This document shows, piece by piece, positions 28,290 to 38,380 of a DNA stretch of 64,000 nt (position 1 is the stretch's first letter; each line of letters opens with the position of its first letter). The notes below the pieces were generated by a model. That model saw nothing but the letters and a program-made list of their open reading frames with translations. It was not told where the DNA came from and searched no databases. The stretch is from an uncultured Flavobacteriales bacterium. GTDB lineage: Bacteria; Bacteroidota; Bacteroidia; Flavobacteriales_G; Salibacteraceae. Location: positions 1-64,000 of the forward strand of contig CALSRO010000004.1 in NCBI GenBank assembly GCA_943788775.1, given 5' to 3'. The position numbers and the translations under genes are program-made.

Positions 28290-30728
28290 CTAACCTCGAA
28301 GCTCTGCACCTACTTCTCTTTTGAATCTTTCAAGAAGTCGATTCATGGTTTTATCAACCTCCTTGTCCGTTAATGTTTTGTGCTCGTCTCGCAAACTAAA
28401 GGCCAAGGCATAGCTCTTTTTTCCCTCAGGCAGACCTTTGCCTTCATAAACATCAAATAAGGTAACTGACTTCAAAAGTTTTCGTTCCGTTTGATAAGCC
28501 AATCGCTCTAATTCCGCATAGTTCAGTGCTTGGTCAACTAATAGAGCTAAATCTCTGCGAACTGCTGGGTATTTAGGTAAATCGCCAATACTTATTGATT
28601 CTTGTCGCAGTTTGACCACATCCGACCATCGCATTTCCAAATAGAAAACATCCTTTTGTTTGATCTCAAATGCTTTTTTCATTTGATCCGAAATCTTCCC
28701 TGCCGTTATAACCACTTTATCTCCAAGATTCCAATCCATGCCGTACTCGAACCAATCATTGGAAGTTTCACTTGCTTTCAACTTGCTTGAGCTGATTCCC
28801 AATCTGTAAAAAATTTGCTCCAATGACCCACGTAGAAAGTTCCAATCGGCAGGAGTATCAGCCAACCGCCACGAATCTGAAATTTGACTACCTGACACCG
28901 CAATGCCCAATCTATGTTCTTCGAAGAAACCTTTTTCACTCTGGCGATAGATGTTGCCAAACTCAAACTGTTTCAGGTTGTTTTGCTGCCGATTCAAATT
29001 ATAAGCGGCACTCTGTAAGACTGAAAACACCATGGCTGGCCTCATGATTCCCATTTCAGAACTCAAGGGATTATTTACGTGAACAATGGCTGATTCAGAC
29101 CATTCAGCCGATAAGGCCCCATAGCGCTCATCTACCATTGAATTAGACATACACTCGAGAAATCCATTACCCACTAATAATTCTGTAATCGCCTTTTTAG
29201 CCAGAGTGTCAGCCGATGGTTTGATATCTCCAATGGAAGATTTAATTTGTGTGGTGAATGGGATAGCATCATAACCATATATGCGTAGTACTTCTTCGAC
29301 TACATCTGCTTCGCGAGTAACATCCACTTTAAATGGTGGTATGCTTAGTGTCCACTCCCGCCCTTGCTTTTCGGCTATTTCAATATCCAAACCTTCTAGA
29401 ATACGCTGAATATCTGCATCAGGAATATCATGACCAATAAATGCATTTGCCTTATCTAATCTATAGGTTACCTCGAAGTTTGGAAAGTCATTTGGATGAG
29501 TGTCGCTGATGTCGCTAGTTATTTTCCCTTGCCCCAATTCAGCGATCATTTTAGCGGCAAGCTTTGCTGCGTACGCAGTAATATTTGGATCAATGCCACG
29601 CTCAAAACGGAAAGATGCATCGGAGTGAATCGCTTGTCGTTTGGCTGTTTTGCGCACCCAAACCGGATTAAAATAAGCTGCCTCAAGGAAAACTTCTGTT
29701 GTCGATTCCGTAACCCCAGATTTGGAACCGCCAAAAACACCTGCTATACACATGCCTTCCGTTTTATTACAAATCATTAAGTCATTGTCATTCAACTCAC
29801 GCTCTTCGTCATCAAGGGTAGTGAACTTGGTGCCTTTCGATAGCGTCTTCACGATGACCTCATCACCATCAATTTTTGAAGCATCAAAAGCATGAAGGGG
29901 TTGGCCAAAGGCGTGGTTGATATAATTGGTGACATCCACCACATTGTTTATGGGTCTCACTCCCACCGCTTTCAATTTATTCTGCAACCAGCTTGGAGAC
30001 GGTTCAACCTTAAGATCAGAAATTGTTACACCCACATACCGAGGACATGCCTCTTCATTCTCGACTTTAACAGAAATTACCCTACTAGTTTCAGCTGGGG
30101 AAAAATCATCCACAGACGGACGGCAGAGTTCGATTTTCTTGTTCTTCCGCTGAGCTAAAACAGCCTTTAAGTCCCGAGCAACGCCAAAATGTGAAGCGGC
30201 ATCTGCCCTGTTTGGGGTAAGGCCAATCTCAAAAACAGTATCCGACTCAATCTTGAAGATTTGAGCTGCAGGAGTGCCAATTTTGGCGTCCTCAGGCAAC
30301 ACCATGATACCGTCATGGCTTTGGCCCACACCTATTTCATCTTCGGCACAAATCATTCCTTCGCTGACCTCTCCTCTGATTTTTGACTTTTTTATCTCGA
30401 AGGGGGCTCCGTCTTCTGGATATAAAAGGGTGCCAACGGTAGCCACAATTACCTTTTGACCGACAGCCACATTTGGCGCCCCGCAAACAATGGATAGAAG
30501 TTCCCCTGAACCAACATCGACCTTAGTGCAGTTTAATCTATCAGCATTTGGATGCTGCCATTTCTCCTTCACCTCTCCAACAAAAAGTCCTTTTAATCCT
30601 CCTCTAAGCGACTCAAAGGACTCGATTCCTTCCACTTCCAAGCCAACACTTGTCAATAATTCACTTACCTCTTCGGGAGATTCTTCTAAATGGATGTATT
30701 GGCTAAGCCAGTTGTAGGAGATTTTCAT
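28290..30728 (-). CDS. pheT: Phenylalanine--tRNA ligase beta subunit
   Basis: 812 aa. N-terminal tRNA-binding, B3/B4, B5 and C-terminal ferredoxin-fold anticodon-binding domains. Starts MKISYNWLSQYI. Confidence 0.93.
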   Translation of the reverse strand: MKISYNWLSQYIHLEESPEEVSELLTSVGLEVEGIESFESLRGGLKGLFVGEVKEKWQHPNADRLNCTKVDVGSGELLSIVCGAPNVAVGQKVIVATVGTLLYPEDGAPFEIKKSKIRGEVSEGMICAEDEIGVGQSHDGIMVLPEDAKIGTPAAQIFKIESDTVFEIGLTPNRADAASHFGVARDLKAVLAQRKNKKIELCRPSVDDFSPAETSRVISVKVENEEACPRYVGVTISDLKVEPSPSWLQNKLKAVGVRPINNVVDVTNYINHAFGQPLHAFDASKIDGDEVIVKTLSKGTKFTTLDDEERELNDNDLMICNKTEGMCIAGVFGGSKSGVTESTTEVFLEAAYFNPVWVRKTAKRQAIHSDASFRFERGIDPNITAYAAKLAAKMIAELGQGKITSDISDTHPNDFPNFEVTYRLDKANAFIGHDIPDADIQRILEGLDIEIAEKQGREWTLSIPPFKVDVTREADVVEEVLRIYGYDAIPFTTQIKSSIGDIKPSADTLAKKAITELLVGNGFLECMSNSMVDERYGALSAEWSESAIVHVNNPLSSEMGIMRPAMVFSVLQSAAYNLNRQQNNLKQFEFGNIYRQSEKGFFEEHRLGIAVSGSQISDSWRLADTPADWNFLRGSLEQIFYRLGISSSKLKASETSNDWFEYGMDWNLGDKVVITAGKISDQMKKAFEIKQKDVFYLEMRWSDVVKLRQESISIGDLPKYPAVRRDLALLVDQALNYAELERLAYQTERKLLKSVTLFDVYEGKGLPEGKKSYALAFSLRDEHKTLTDKEVDKTMNRLLERFKREVGAELRG

Positions 30729-30788
30729 GAGCTGCTTTTCTAAGTCTCGTCAAAGGTAAAAACCCAATAATCACAGCCTACATTTAAA

Positions 30789-31751
30789 TCAAAACTGATG
30801 AACTAGCCAATAATAGATCGGCAATCCAAGTGTAATGTTTATCGGAAAGGTAACCGCTAGCGCCATTGGGAGATAAATTCCTGGATTAGCCTTTGGAACT
30901 GCAATTTTCATTGCTGCTGGCACAGCGATGTAAGAGGCGCTAGCTGCCAACACTGCCAACAAAAAACGGTTACCTGGTTCATCGGTTACAAAACCACTTA
31001 TCACGGACACAATCGTTCCGTTAACTAAGGCAAAGAAATCCGCGGCTATCGTAGTAAACCATCCATGTTCAAAAAAGGCCTTTAGTTTTCGACCACTCGT
31101 GATGCCCATGTCTAAGAGAAAAATCGCGAGAAATCCTTTAAAAATATCTGTCGTAAACGGCATAATTCCATTGGCCTGCTCATCGTTTGCAACAAAACCA
31201 ATGAATAAGCTACCCAGAATCAATAGCACACTGCCGTTTGTAATTGAGTGTTTCACCAGCGCTCCCAAACTGATATCCTTGCCCGCCCCTTGGCTGAAAT
31301 ATCTGATCAACAGTACCCCAACTATAATCGCTGGTGCCTCCATGAAGGCTAGAATCGCGACCATGTATCCATCAAAGTGAGTCATGTGAGCTTCTAGAAA
31401 AGAAATTGCAGTAACAAATGTGACGGCACTTACTGAGCCGTAGGCAGCGGCTACAGCTCCAGCATTCTCGGTCCCCAATCTTTTCTTTACGATAAAAAAC
31501 ACATAGATTGGAACTATACTCGCGAGACCTACACTGAATAATATAGTGGTTAAAATGTCGCTACTGTAAGGACTATGGGAGAGTTCTTGTCCTCCATTAA
31601 AACCGATGGAAAACAGCAAGTACAGCGAAATAAACTTGGAAGAATTTTGGGGTATTTCTAAGTCACTCTTGAACTGCACTGCCAAAATACCAAGTACAAA
31701 AAAGAGCAATGCAGGATTCGACAAATTGTCGATCAACAAGTCGAGGTTCAT
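30789..31751 (-). CDS. SbtA-family (DUF897) putative bicarbonate/anion permease
   Basis: 320 aa, about 10 TM segments with inverted-repeat topology. Strong family-typical N-terminus (NPALLFFVLGILAV). Confidence 0.75.
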   Translation of the reverse strand: MNLDLLIDNLSNPALLFFVLGILAVQFKSDLEIPQNSSKFISLYLLFSIGFNGGQELSHSPYSSDILTTILFSVGLASIVPIYVFFIVKKRLGTENAGAVAAAYGSVSAVTFVTAISFLEAHMTHFDGYMVAILAFMEAPAIIVGVLLIRYFSQGAGKDISLGALVKHSITNGSVLLILGSLFIGFVANDEQANGIMPFTTDIFKGFLAIFLLDMGITSGRKLKAFFEHGWFTTIAADFFALVNGTIVSVISGFVTDEPGNRFLLAVLAASASYIAVPAAMKIAVPKANPGIYLPMALAVTFPINITLGLPIYYWLVHQF

Positions 31752-32107
31752 GCAGTCTTTCGCTCCTGATTTGATGCAACCTCGATAATATCCACTTTGC
31801 TCGACACAGTTATTCGAGCCGACTTATCTGCTTTTTCAAAAAACTCAACGAGACGTTCTCTTTCTTTTTTCAGTTCAGAAATACGAAGTTCAGAATGATG
31901 AATGTCTTTATTGAACCGTTCTTCATTGCTAAAACGCTTCGCTTGATGAAATCTTATTTTGTAATCAAAAAGTGCAAGTACTACTTCTTTGGCTTCCACT
32001 GCGGTGAAATCCGTGTCGACTAGTTTGAGATCAATCTTTAATTCGTTCATGCTAAAAAATTTAATTTTTTCTGAGTGCAAACTTTGAGCGATTAGTTCAT
32101 ATATCAA
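31748..32107 (-). CDS. Small hypothetical cytoplasmic protein, translationally coupled to the SbtA-like gene (ATGA overlap)
   Basis: Listed with a TTG start (119 aa). An internal ATG at 32050 (MNELKIDLK..., 100 aa) leaves a more plausible 87-nt divergent promoter. Charged, helical, no TM segments; not PII-like. Confidence 0.5.
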   Translation of the reverse strand: MIYELIAQSLHSEKIKFFSMNELKIDLKLVDTDFTAVEAKEVVLALFDYKIRFHQAKRFSNEERFNKDIHHSELRISELKKERERLVEFFEKADKSARITVSSKVDIIEVASNQERKTA

Positions 32108-32118
32108 TATTTATATTA

Positions 32119-32135
32119 TCTATGTATTAGATAGA
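32119..32135. promoter_or_regulatory. Inverted repeat TCTAT-N7-ATAGA (T-N11-A-type LysR box candidate) in the divergent promoter, 9 nt upstream of the LysR ATG
   Basis: Read from sequence. Position is consistent with LysR autoregulation and control of the divergent operon. Confidence 0.35.
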
Positions 32136-32143
32136 CTTTGACT

Positions 32144-33070
32144 ATGAACTATACGCTAAGACAACTGACTGTTTTCACCAAAATATGTGAGAACCGAAGC
32201 ATTACAAAGGCCGCGGATGAATTACATATGACGCAACCTGCAGCATCCATTCAACTTAGAAACTTTCAAGATCAATTCGATATTCCGCTTACGGAGATAA
32301 TAGGACGCAAACTTTTTGTCACCTCATTTGGTGAAGAAATCTATCAGGCCGCGATAAATATTTTGAATGAAACCAAGAAAATTGAGCAAACAGCTATGGC
32401 TTACAAAGGCCACCTTGTTGGGCGAATTCATATTTCCATCGTATCCACAGGTAAATACATCATGCCGTTTTTCTTGGCTGATTTTTTAACAGATAATCCC
32501 GGGGTTGAGCTTCAAATGGATGTAACCAATAAATCTTCTGTGATCACCTCTTTAAATGACAATTCTGTTGATTTTTCTCTTGTCTCAATACTTCCAGAAA
32601 CGATGGCAATTGATAAAACCGAATTAATGACAAACCGATTGTTTTTAGTTGGCGGTGCGAATACTATAACTTTTGAAAAGCCTCAAAAGCCTGAAATTAT
32701 TGCCGAATTACCATTGATTTTCAGAGAGCAGGGATCGGGTACTAGGCAAACCATGGAGCGCTTTCTTGACAAACATGGGATCAAGGCCGATAAAAAACTT
32801 GAATTGACTTCAAATGAGGCGGTTAAGCAAGCAGTGATTGCCGGTTTGGGATATTCCATCATGCCGTTGATAGGAGTCAAAAATGAATTATTGAAAGGTG
32901 ATTTAAAAATCATTCCCATTAAGGGTATGCCGATTGCCTCAAGTTGGAATTTGATACGGCTTCAAAACAAAAAATTCCTTCCTCCAGCAAAGGCATTCTT
33001 AGAATATCTTGCATTGCACAAATCAAAAATAATGGAAAAACATTTCAGCTGGTCAGACCGAGAATTCTAG
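32144..33070 (+). CDS. LysR-family transcriptional regulator
   Basis: N-terminal HTH (LRQLTVFTKICENRSITKAADELHMTQPAASIQLRNFQ) and LysR substrate-binding domain. ORF track starts at TTG 32138; ATG at 32144 preferred. Confidence 0.88.
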   Translation: MNYTLRQLTVFTKICENRSITKAADELHMTQPAASIQLRNFQDQFDIPLTEIIGRKLFVTSFGEEIYQAAINILNETKKIEQTAMAYKGHLVGRIHISIVSTGKYIMPFFLADFLTDNPGVELQMDVTNKSSVITSLNDNSVDFSLVSILPETMAIDKTELMTNRLFLVGGANTITFEKPQKPEIIAELPLIFREQGSGTRQTMERFLDKHGIKADKKLELTSNEAVKQAVIAGLGYSIMPLIGVKNELLKGDLKIIPIKGMPIASSWNLIRLQNKKFLPPAKAFLEYLALHKSKIMEKHFSWSDREF

Positions 33071-33105
33071 TCTCGTTTTAATCTCTTGATGTTAATTTTG
33101 GCACC

Positions 33106-33531
33106 ATGAAAAATGCGCTAATTTTCTTCCCTATACTCTTGCTTATGCTTGCTTCGTGTGAGCCCAAACCTGAGCGTGTCGTTGAGTCAGAATGGTCTAC
33201 CGAGCAACCCAAACTCGTAAGCTTTTTTATAGAAGTCGATGATGTAAAATTCAAGCAAGGTGAAGAAAAATACTACGAGAATGGAAAGTTAGAATACACT
33301 GGAACTTATGACCCCGCTGGTGAGCGACACGGAGATTGGAAGTATTATTATTCAAATGGAAATTTGTGGAGCACGGGCAGCTACGAGCATGGCATTAAGA
33401 CAGGAGTCAAGCAAGTCTATTGGCCCGAAGGTAAGTTGAGATATGAAGGCAATTTCACTGACGATCAGAAATCTGGACACTGGATATTCTACGACATGGA
33501 AGGAAATATCATCGAAGAAAAGGACTATTAA
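33106..33531 (+). CDS. MORN-variant-repeat lipoprotein (YwqK-family-like)
   Basis: Lipobox LASC. Repeated G.Y..YY.NG.L...G.Y..G...G.W units. Confidence 0.7.
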   Translation: MKNALIFFPILLLMLASCEPKPERVVESEWSTEQPKLVSFFIEVDDVKFKQGEEKYYENGKLEYTGTYDPAGERHGDWKYYYSNGNLWSTGSYEHGIKTGVKQVYWPEGKLRYEGNFTDDQKSGHWIFYDMEGNIIEEKDY

Positions 33532-34590
33532 CTAGTTGCTCAAATCGGCCCGTGGCGCGGATTTATTGCTGATATTAAAACCAAATCCTGCCGTCATTCG
33601 GATAGAACCTTCACGCTTGATATTCGGTATGGACGCATAAGCTGCACGCATAAAAACACTGCCCACGCGATAATAGCCAATCCATTCTGCGCCAATTTGA
33701 AAACCCGACTTATCAAATGGAGTCAAATTCTGGGTTTCATAAACTCCATAAACGTTTTGAGAACTTCCACCACTTGGTGATGATATTACTCCAACTCTCG
33801 CAAATACATCATCAATCTCGTGGCTATAGCTGTAGAGTACATCGGCATATACATTAACGGTAGAACGAACATACCTGTCACCATAATCAGTAATAGATAC
33901 CACGGAATTAGTAATAACGGTGTATTGCGCCCCAATGGAAAGGTATGACATCTCCACCATTGTGGTATTTGGTCCATTTTGATCAAAAAGAATAGGCGCT
34001 CCCACTGGATTGATTTGCTCCCCATTGATCTCTGTTCCAGAATACATGCTTGATTTATATCCTACACCAATTCTTGGGCCTACTGATCTTGCTATGGTCA
34101 GCGGAACATATGTGACATAGTCCGTTCTGCCAACAGATTTAATATTCACCGTCTTCTCCTTCGTACTTGTCCATTGATAAGCTCCAAAAGCGCCAGTAAA
34201 ATAAAGTTCTGTTTGTGGTTTGTCTTTATAAACTGAAAAGGAATACTCTGGCAGTTCATATGACGCACCCTCAGAGTCATACTTACTATACACCTTTTCG
34301 ATCCGATCATAGTAGGCGATTTTGTACTCCGCTGCTATTTGAAGCCTACTTGATATCATGAGGTTTGAATATGAACGGGCAGCAATATTCAAGTTTACGG
34401 ATGAGATGTCTATATCTCCAGGACATAGGTTTGTTGCAAAGGCAGTGAAATGCGTTGGGTCGTCATATTTAATGGTGTAATAAACGACATCCTCGTTTTC
34501 AATGTCTCCAATTTTTTCCAACTGAGCCGTTGCTGTACATCCAATAAAACCAAAAAAAGACAGTAACAGATATGATTTGAACTTCTTCAT
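33532..34590 (-). CDS. Secreted hypothetical protein, probable outer-membrane beta-barrel
   Basis: 352 aa. Signal peptide; alternating hydrophobic/aromatic C-terminal strands (TAGFGFNI). Confidence 0.45.
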   Translation of the reverse strand: MKKFKSYLLLSFFGFIGCTATAQLEKIGDIENEDVVYYTIKYDDPTHFTAFATNLCPGDIDISSVNLNIAARSYSNLMISSRLQIAAEYKIAYYDRIEKVYSKYDSEGASYELPEYSFSVYKDKPQTELYFTGAFGAYQWTSTKEKTVNIKSVGRTDYVTYVPLTIARSVGPRIGVGYKSSMYSGTEINGEQINPVGAPILFDQNGPNTTMVEMSYLSIGAQYTVITNSVVSITDYGDRYVRSTVNVYADVLYSYSHEIDDVFARVGVISSPSGGSSQNVYGVYETQNLTPFDKSGFQIGAEWIGYYRVGSVFMRAAYASIPNIKREGSIRMTAGFGFNISNKSAPRADLSN

Positions 34591-34592
34591 GG

Positions 34593-35270
34593 TTATTCAA
34601 TTGATAATTTAAGGCTACCCGAAACTGTCTCAAAAACGTCATCATTGGAATCCACAAATTCGATATCACAAAAACTCACATAAAGGGTGTTTCCTGAAAC
34701 CGTGGTGTAGATTTCCTGATTCTCTCGAGCACGATAGAGTTCACCGAATTGCTCACCATAATACATTATACACAACTCGTCTCCACCATAAATACCTGTC
34801 AAATATTTTCGATCTACATCGAGAGAGTCAGTATAAAAGTCCGCGTCTATGCGAACATGACTGTCATAGGAGGTGAAGTCTGCTTGAAATTTATCGAAGC
34901 TTTTGTAGTAATCTCCATCTAAATCGGTTTCAAACTCCCAAGAATCTTCGATCCTCGAAATCGACCGGTCTTCACATTCAGGATCAATATTACACGGGAC
35001 TCCACACACATCTCCACAATCCACATCTAATTCACCATCTAAATAGTCAAATTCATTGTTATCACAATGCTCTGGAGTCTCCACCTCTGGACCATTTGCG
35101 TAGAAATCATAATCATCTATATATTCCTTTTTGCGACAGCCCGAAGACCAAACAAGCAGGCAAACCAATGCTGGTATTAAGTATCTCATTGAGTTAAACA
35201 TTCGCCAAAGAAACGAATGTCCAGGACACCAATTTGCGCACAACGGAATAATGGAATGTCTTAAGGGCAT
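34593..35270 (-). CDS. Acidic Cys-rich hypothetical lipoprotein
   Basis: Likely start at the internal MRYLIPALVCLLVWSSGC (about 35189). CDNNEFDYLDGELDVDCGDVCGVPC cluster. 3 nt upstream of the preceding gene. Confidence 0.45.
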   Translation of the reverse strand: MPLRHSIIPLCANWCPGHSFLWRMFNSMRYLIPALVCLLVWSSGCRKKEYIDDYDFYANGPEVETPEHCDNNEFDYLDGELDVDCGDVCGVPCNIDPECEDRSISRIEDSWEFETDLDGDYYKSFDKFQADFTSYDSHVRIDADFYTDSLDVDRKYLTGIYGGDELCIMYYGEQFGELYRARENQEIYTTVSGNTLYVSFCDIEFVDSNDDVFETVSGSLKLSIE

Positions 35271-35339
35271 CTGAGCTTCTTTAAATTATGTGATATTCAT
35301 CTATTTCTACACCTTCGCATTCTCGTAAAACGGATTTCT

Positions 35340-36353
35340 ATGAAAACACTACTAATTACTGGAGGCGGTGGTTTTATTGGCTCAAACTTGGTTGCTCACA
35401 TTCTGAAATCAAAACCCGACACGCGGGTCATAAACTTAGACGCAATGACTTATGCAGGTGACGCTGCAAATCTTGCCTCTGTCCAGAACCATCCCAATTA
35501 TAAGTTCGTGAAAGGCGACATTAGAAACCGTTCCTTGGTTGATGAGCTATTTAAATCGCACGATATTCGAGGCGTAATGCATTTAGCTGCCGAGTCTCAT
35601 GTAGATAACTCCATCAGCAATCCTTCTGTATTTATAGAGACCAACGTGAATGGCACATTCAATCTTGTTGATGCCGCTTACAAACATTGGATGATCAAGC
35701 CCTTCCAATTTAGAGAAGGCTATGAACACTGCAAATTCTTACATGTGAGCACAGACGAGGTTTACGGAACACTCGGAGCCACGGGACTTTTTACAGAAGA
35801 AACCCCATACGCCCCAAATTCGCCATATAGTGCATCAAAGGCCAGTAGTGATCATATAATCCGAAGCTATCACCACACTTATGGAATGAATACGGTTATT
35901 ACGAATTGTTCAAATAACTACGGTCCAAATCAGCATGATGAAAAACTAATACCCACGGTCATTCGTAAAGCGCTCACCGGTGAAAACATTCCCATTTATG
36001 GCGATGGAAGTAATGTTCGAGATTGGTTGTATGTGTTAGATCACTGCAAAGGGATAGAATTGGCATACGAAAATGGTCGAGCAGGTGAATGTTACAACAT
36101 TGGTGGCAGAAATGAGCGGAACAACAACTACATAGCGCATACCATTTGCGAGCTTTTAGACAAGCATAAGCCAAAAACTGCTGGTAGCTACAAGGATCAA
36201 ATCCATTATGTGGAAGATCGCGCAGGGCATGATTTTCGATATGCGATCGATGCAACAAAAATTGAATCCGAATTGAAATGGAAGGCCCAAGAGAATTTTG
36301 AGACTGGCATCTTAAAAACTATTGAATGGTACACTAAAAAGTACAGCTCCTAG
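35340..36353 (+). CDS. rfbB: dTDP-glucose 4,6-dehydratase
   Basis: 337 aa. GGGGFIGSN Rossmann motif, YSASK catalytic motif, full-length similarity to RmlB. Confidence 0.9.
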   Translation: MKTLLITGGGGFIGSNLVAHILKSKPDTRVINLDAMTYAGDAANLASVQNHPNYKFVKGDIRNRSLVDELFKSHDIRGVMHLAAESHVDNSISNPSVFIETNVNGTFNLVDAAYKHWMIKPFQFREGYEHCKFLHVSTDEVYGTLGATGLFTEETPYAPNSPYSASKASSDHIIRSYHHTYGMNTVITNCSNNYGPNQHDEKLIPTVIRKALTGENIPIYGDGSNVRDWLYVLDHCKGIELAYENGRAGECYNIGGRNERNNNYIAHTICELLDKHKPKTAGSYKDQIHYVEDRAGHDFRYAIDATKIESELKWKAQENFETGILKTIEWYTKKYSS

Positions 36354-36427
36354 ACGTGTAAATTCTTTCCTAGCCCTTAGATTAATTCATTTTAAAATGT
36401 AGCGGGGTATCTTACCTTCGCTCAGAC

Positions 36428-38374
36428 ATGATACCTCCCCACAAGATTGACGAAATAATGAATGCCGCCCGCATCGATGAGGTGGTTGGTGAGTTCGTTA
36501 ATTTGAAAAAATCAGGGTCAAGCATGAAAGGCCTGAGTCCTTGGTCGGATGAAAAAACGCCTTCATTCATGGTATCTCCTGCCAAAGGAATATTCAAAGA
36601 CTTTAGTTCTGGCAAAGGCGGCAATGTTGTCACTTTTTTAATGGAACATGAGCACTTCAGCTATCCAGAGGCATTAAGATGGCTGGCACAGCGGTACAAT
36701 ATTGAGTTGGAAGAAGAAAAGCCTACTCCTGAAATGGAAGAGGCAAGAAGCGAACGAGAAAGTTTGTATGTCATCAATGAATTTGCCCGCGATTGGTTTG
36801 TCAACCAAATGTGGGAAGAGGAAGAAGGCCAAACCATTGCGCTGAGTTACTTTAAGGAGCGTGGCTTTAATGAAAGCATTATAAAAAAGTTCCAGTTGGG
36901 CTATAACCCTGATAGCTTTCAGGCATTTACGGACGTTGCGGCTGATAAAGGTTATAAGGACGAATATCTATTTGCTACGGGCTTAGTAAAGCAAAAAAAC
37001 GAACGGAAATATGACGGCTACAAGGGACGAGTCATGTTTCCAATTCAGAATTTGAGCGGCCGTACCATTGGTTTTGGTGGTAGAACACTCCAGGCAGATA
37101 AAAATATACCTAAGTATATCAACTCTCCAGAGAGTTCGATCTATGACAAAAGCAGTTCACTATATGGACTCTACTTTGCAAAAGGGTCTATTGCCAAAGA
37201 GGATAACTGTTATTTAGTTGAAGGATACACGGATGTTCTTTCCTTTCACCAAAAGCATATTGAAAACACTGTCGCATCCTCGGGAACCGCGCTTACCAAA
37301 GAGCAAGTCAAGTTAATTTCTCGATACACTCAAAACGTCACGCTAGTTTACGATGGAGATAAAGCTGGTATAAAAGCCAGTTTGAGGGGAATTGATTTAA
37401 TCCTTGAGCAGGGAATGCACGTGAAGGTGATCATGCTACCCGATGGTCATGACCCTGACTCGTTCAGCAAAGAGCATGATCGAATCGAGGTAAAAGAATA
37501 TTTAGAAGAACATGCGCGCGATTTCATCGCTTTCAAAGCAGATCTTCTTATGGAAGAGGCTAAGGGTGATCCTATTAAAACCAATGACGTGATTCACGCC
37601 ATGGTAGAGAGTATCGCACTCATTCCTGATACCATATTACGCTCCATTTACATTAGCGAATGCAGCAGGTTAATGCATGTAGGCGAAAAGGCATTGATCA
37701 GTGAACTCAACAAATCGCTTCGAAAAAACCATAAACAAAACAATCGCTTTAGAGGAAATGAAAATGTCCCAGAGGCGCCAATCATTGAAAATGACTTTCA
37801 GCAAGAGCAGAAATTTGCTGAGGATACGATTGAACATCAAGAACGTGATTTACTTCGTTTGATGATTAATTATCATGACAAGGAATTCACAATGGAGCTT
37901 CCTAGTGATGAAGTTCCAGAACCTGAGAAATATAATGTGCTGGAATTCATATTGGATGAAATAGAAGGTGATGAAATTGTCTTTGAGACTGAAAAATTCA
38001 AACAATTGTTTCAAGAAATTGGTGCCCGTTATGATGAACATGGCTTTAACCAAAACCATTTCATTCAGCATTCAAACGAAGAGATGCAACGTCTTTTTAT
38101 TGATCTAATGACTTTTCCATATAATCTTGATAACTGGGAGCGTAAAGAAATTTACGTAGACTCAGAAGAAAAGAAGTTAAGAAGAGCGGTGATGGAGGCC
38201 ATTTATGCCTATAAATCCAAGCGAGTAGAAAGAATGATCAAAGAATGTCAGCAAATGCTTAAGGATGCGATGGAACTTGGCGGAGACGTTGAAGAGTTCT
38301 TGAGAAAACAAATCAAGTTAGAGGAAGTGAAAAGAGAGATAAATCGAGTTCTCGGAAGAACTGTATTACATTAA
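36428..38374 (+). CDS. dnaG: DNA primase
   Basis: 648 aa. N-terminal zinc-binding region and TOPRIM core (YLVEGYTDV, LVYDGDKAG). Confidence 0.92.
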   Translation: MIPPHKIDEIMNAARIDEVVGEFVNLKKSGSSMKGLSPWSDEKTPSFMVSPAKGIFKDFSSGKGGNVVTFLMEHEHFSYPEALRWLAQRYNIELEEEKPTPEMEEARSERESLYVINEFARDWFVNQMWEEEEGQTIALSYFKERGFNESIIKKFQLGYNPDSFQAFTDVAADKGYKDEYLFATGLVKQKNERKYDGYKGRVMFPIQNLSGRTIGFGGRTLQADKNIPKYINSPESSIYDKSSSLYGLYFAKGSIAKEDNCYLVEGYTDVLSFHQKHIENTVASSGTALTKEQVKLISRYTQNVTLVYDGDKAGIKASLRGIDLILEQGMHVKVIMLPDGHDPDSFSKEHDRIEVKEYLEEHARDFIAFKADLLMEEAKGDPIKTNDVIHAMVESIALIPDTILRSIYISECSRLMHVGEKALISELNKSLRKNHKQNNRFRGNENVPEAPIIENDFQQEQKFAEDTIEHQERDLLRLMINYHDKEFTMELPSDEVPEPEKYNVLEFILDEIEGDEIVFETEKFKQLFQEIGARYDEHGFNQNHFIQHSNEEMQRLFIDLMTFPYNLDNWERKEIYVDSEEKKLRRAVMEAIYAYKSKRVERMIKECQQMLKDAMELGGDVEEFLRKQIKLEEVKREINRVLGRTVLH

Positions 38375-38380
38375 CGCCCA

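Noticed and set aside
31748-32107. Small protein upstream of the SbtA-like gene as a PII/SbtB homolog
   Set aside because: The sequence has no PII signature (no T-loop, wrong secondary-structure pattern). It is also upstream rather than downstream of the transporter. It is reported as unknown instead.
36412-36633. 73-aa minus-strand ORF overlapping the dnaG start
   Set aside because: Antisense to the conserved N-terminus of DnaG with no features of its own. Spurious.
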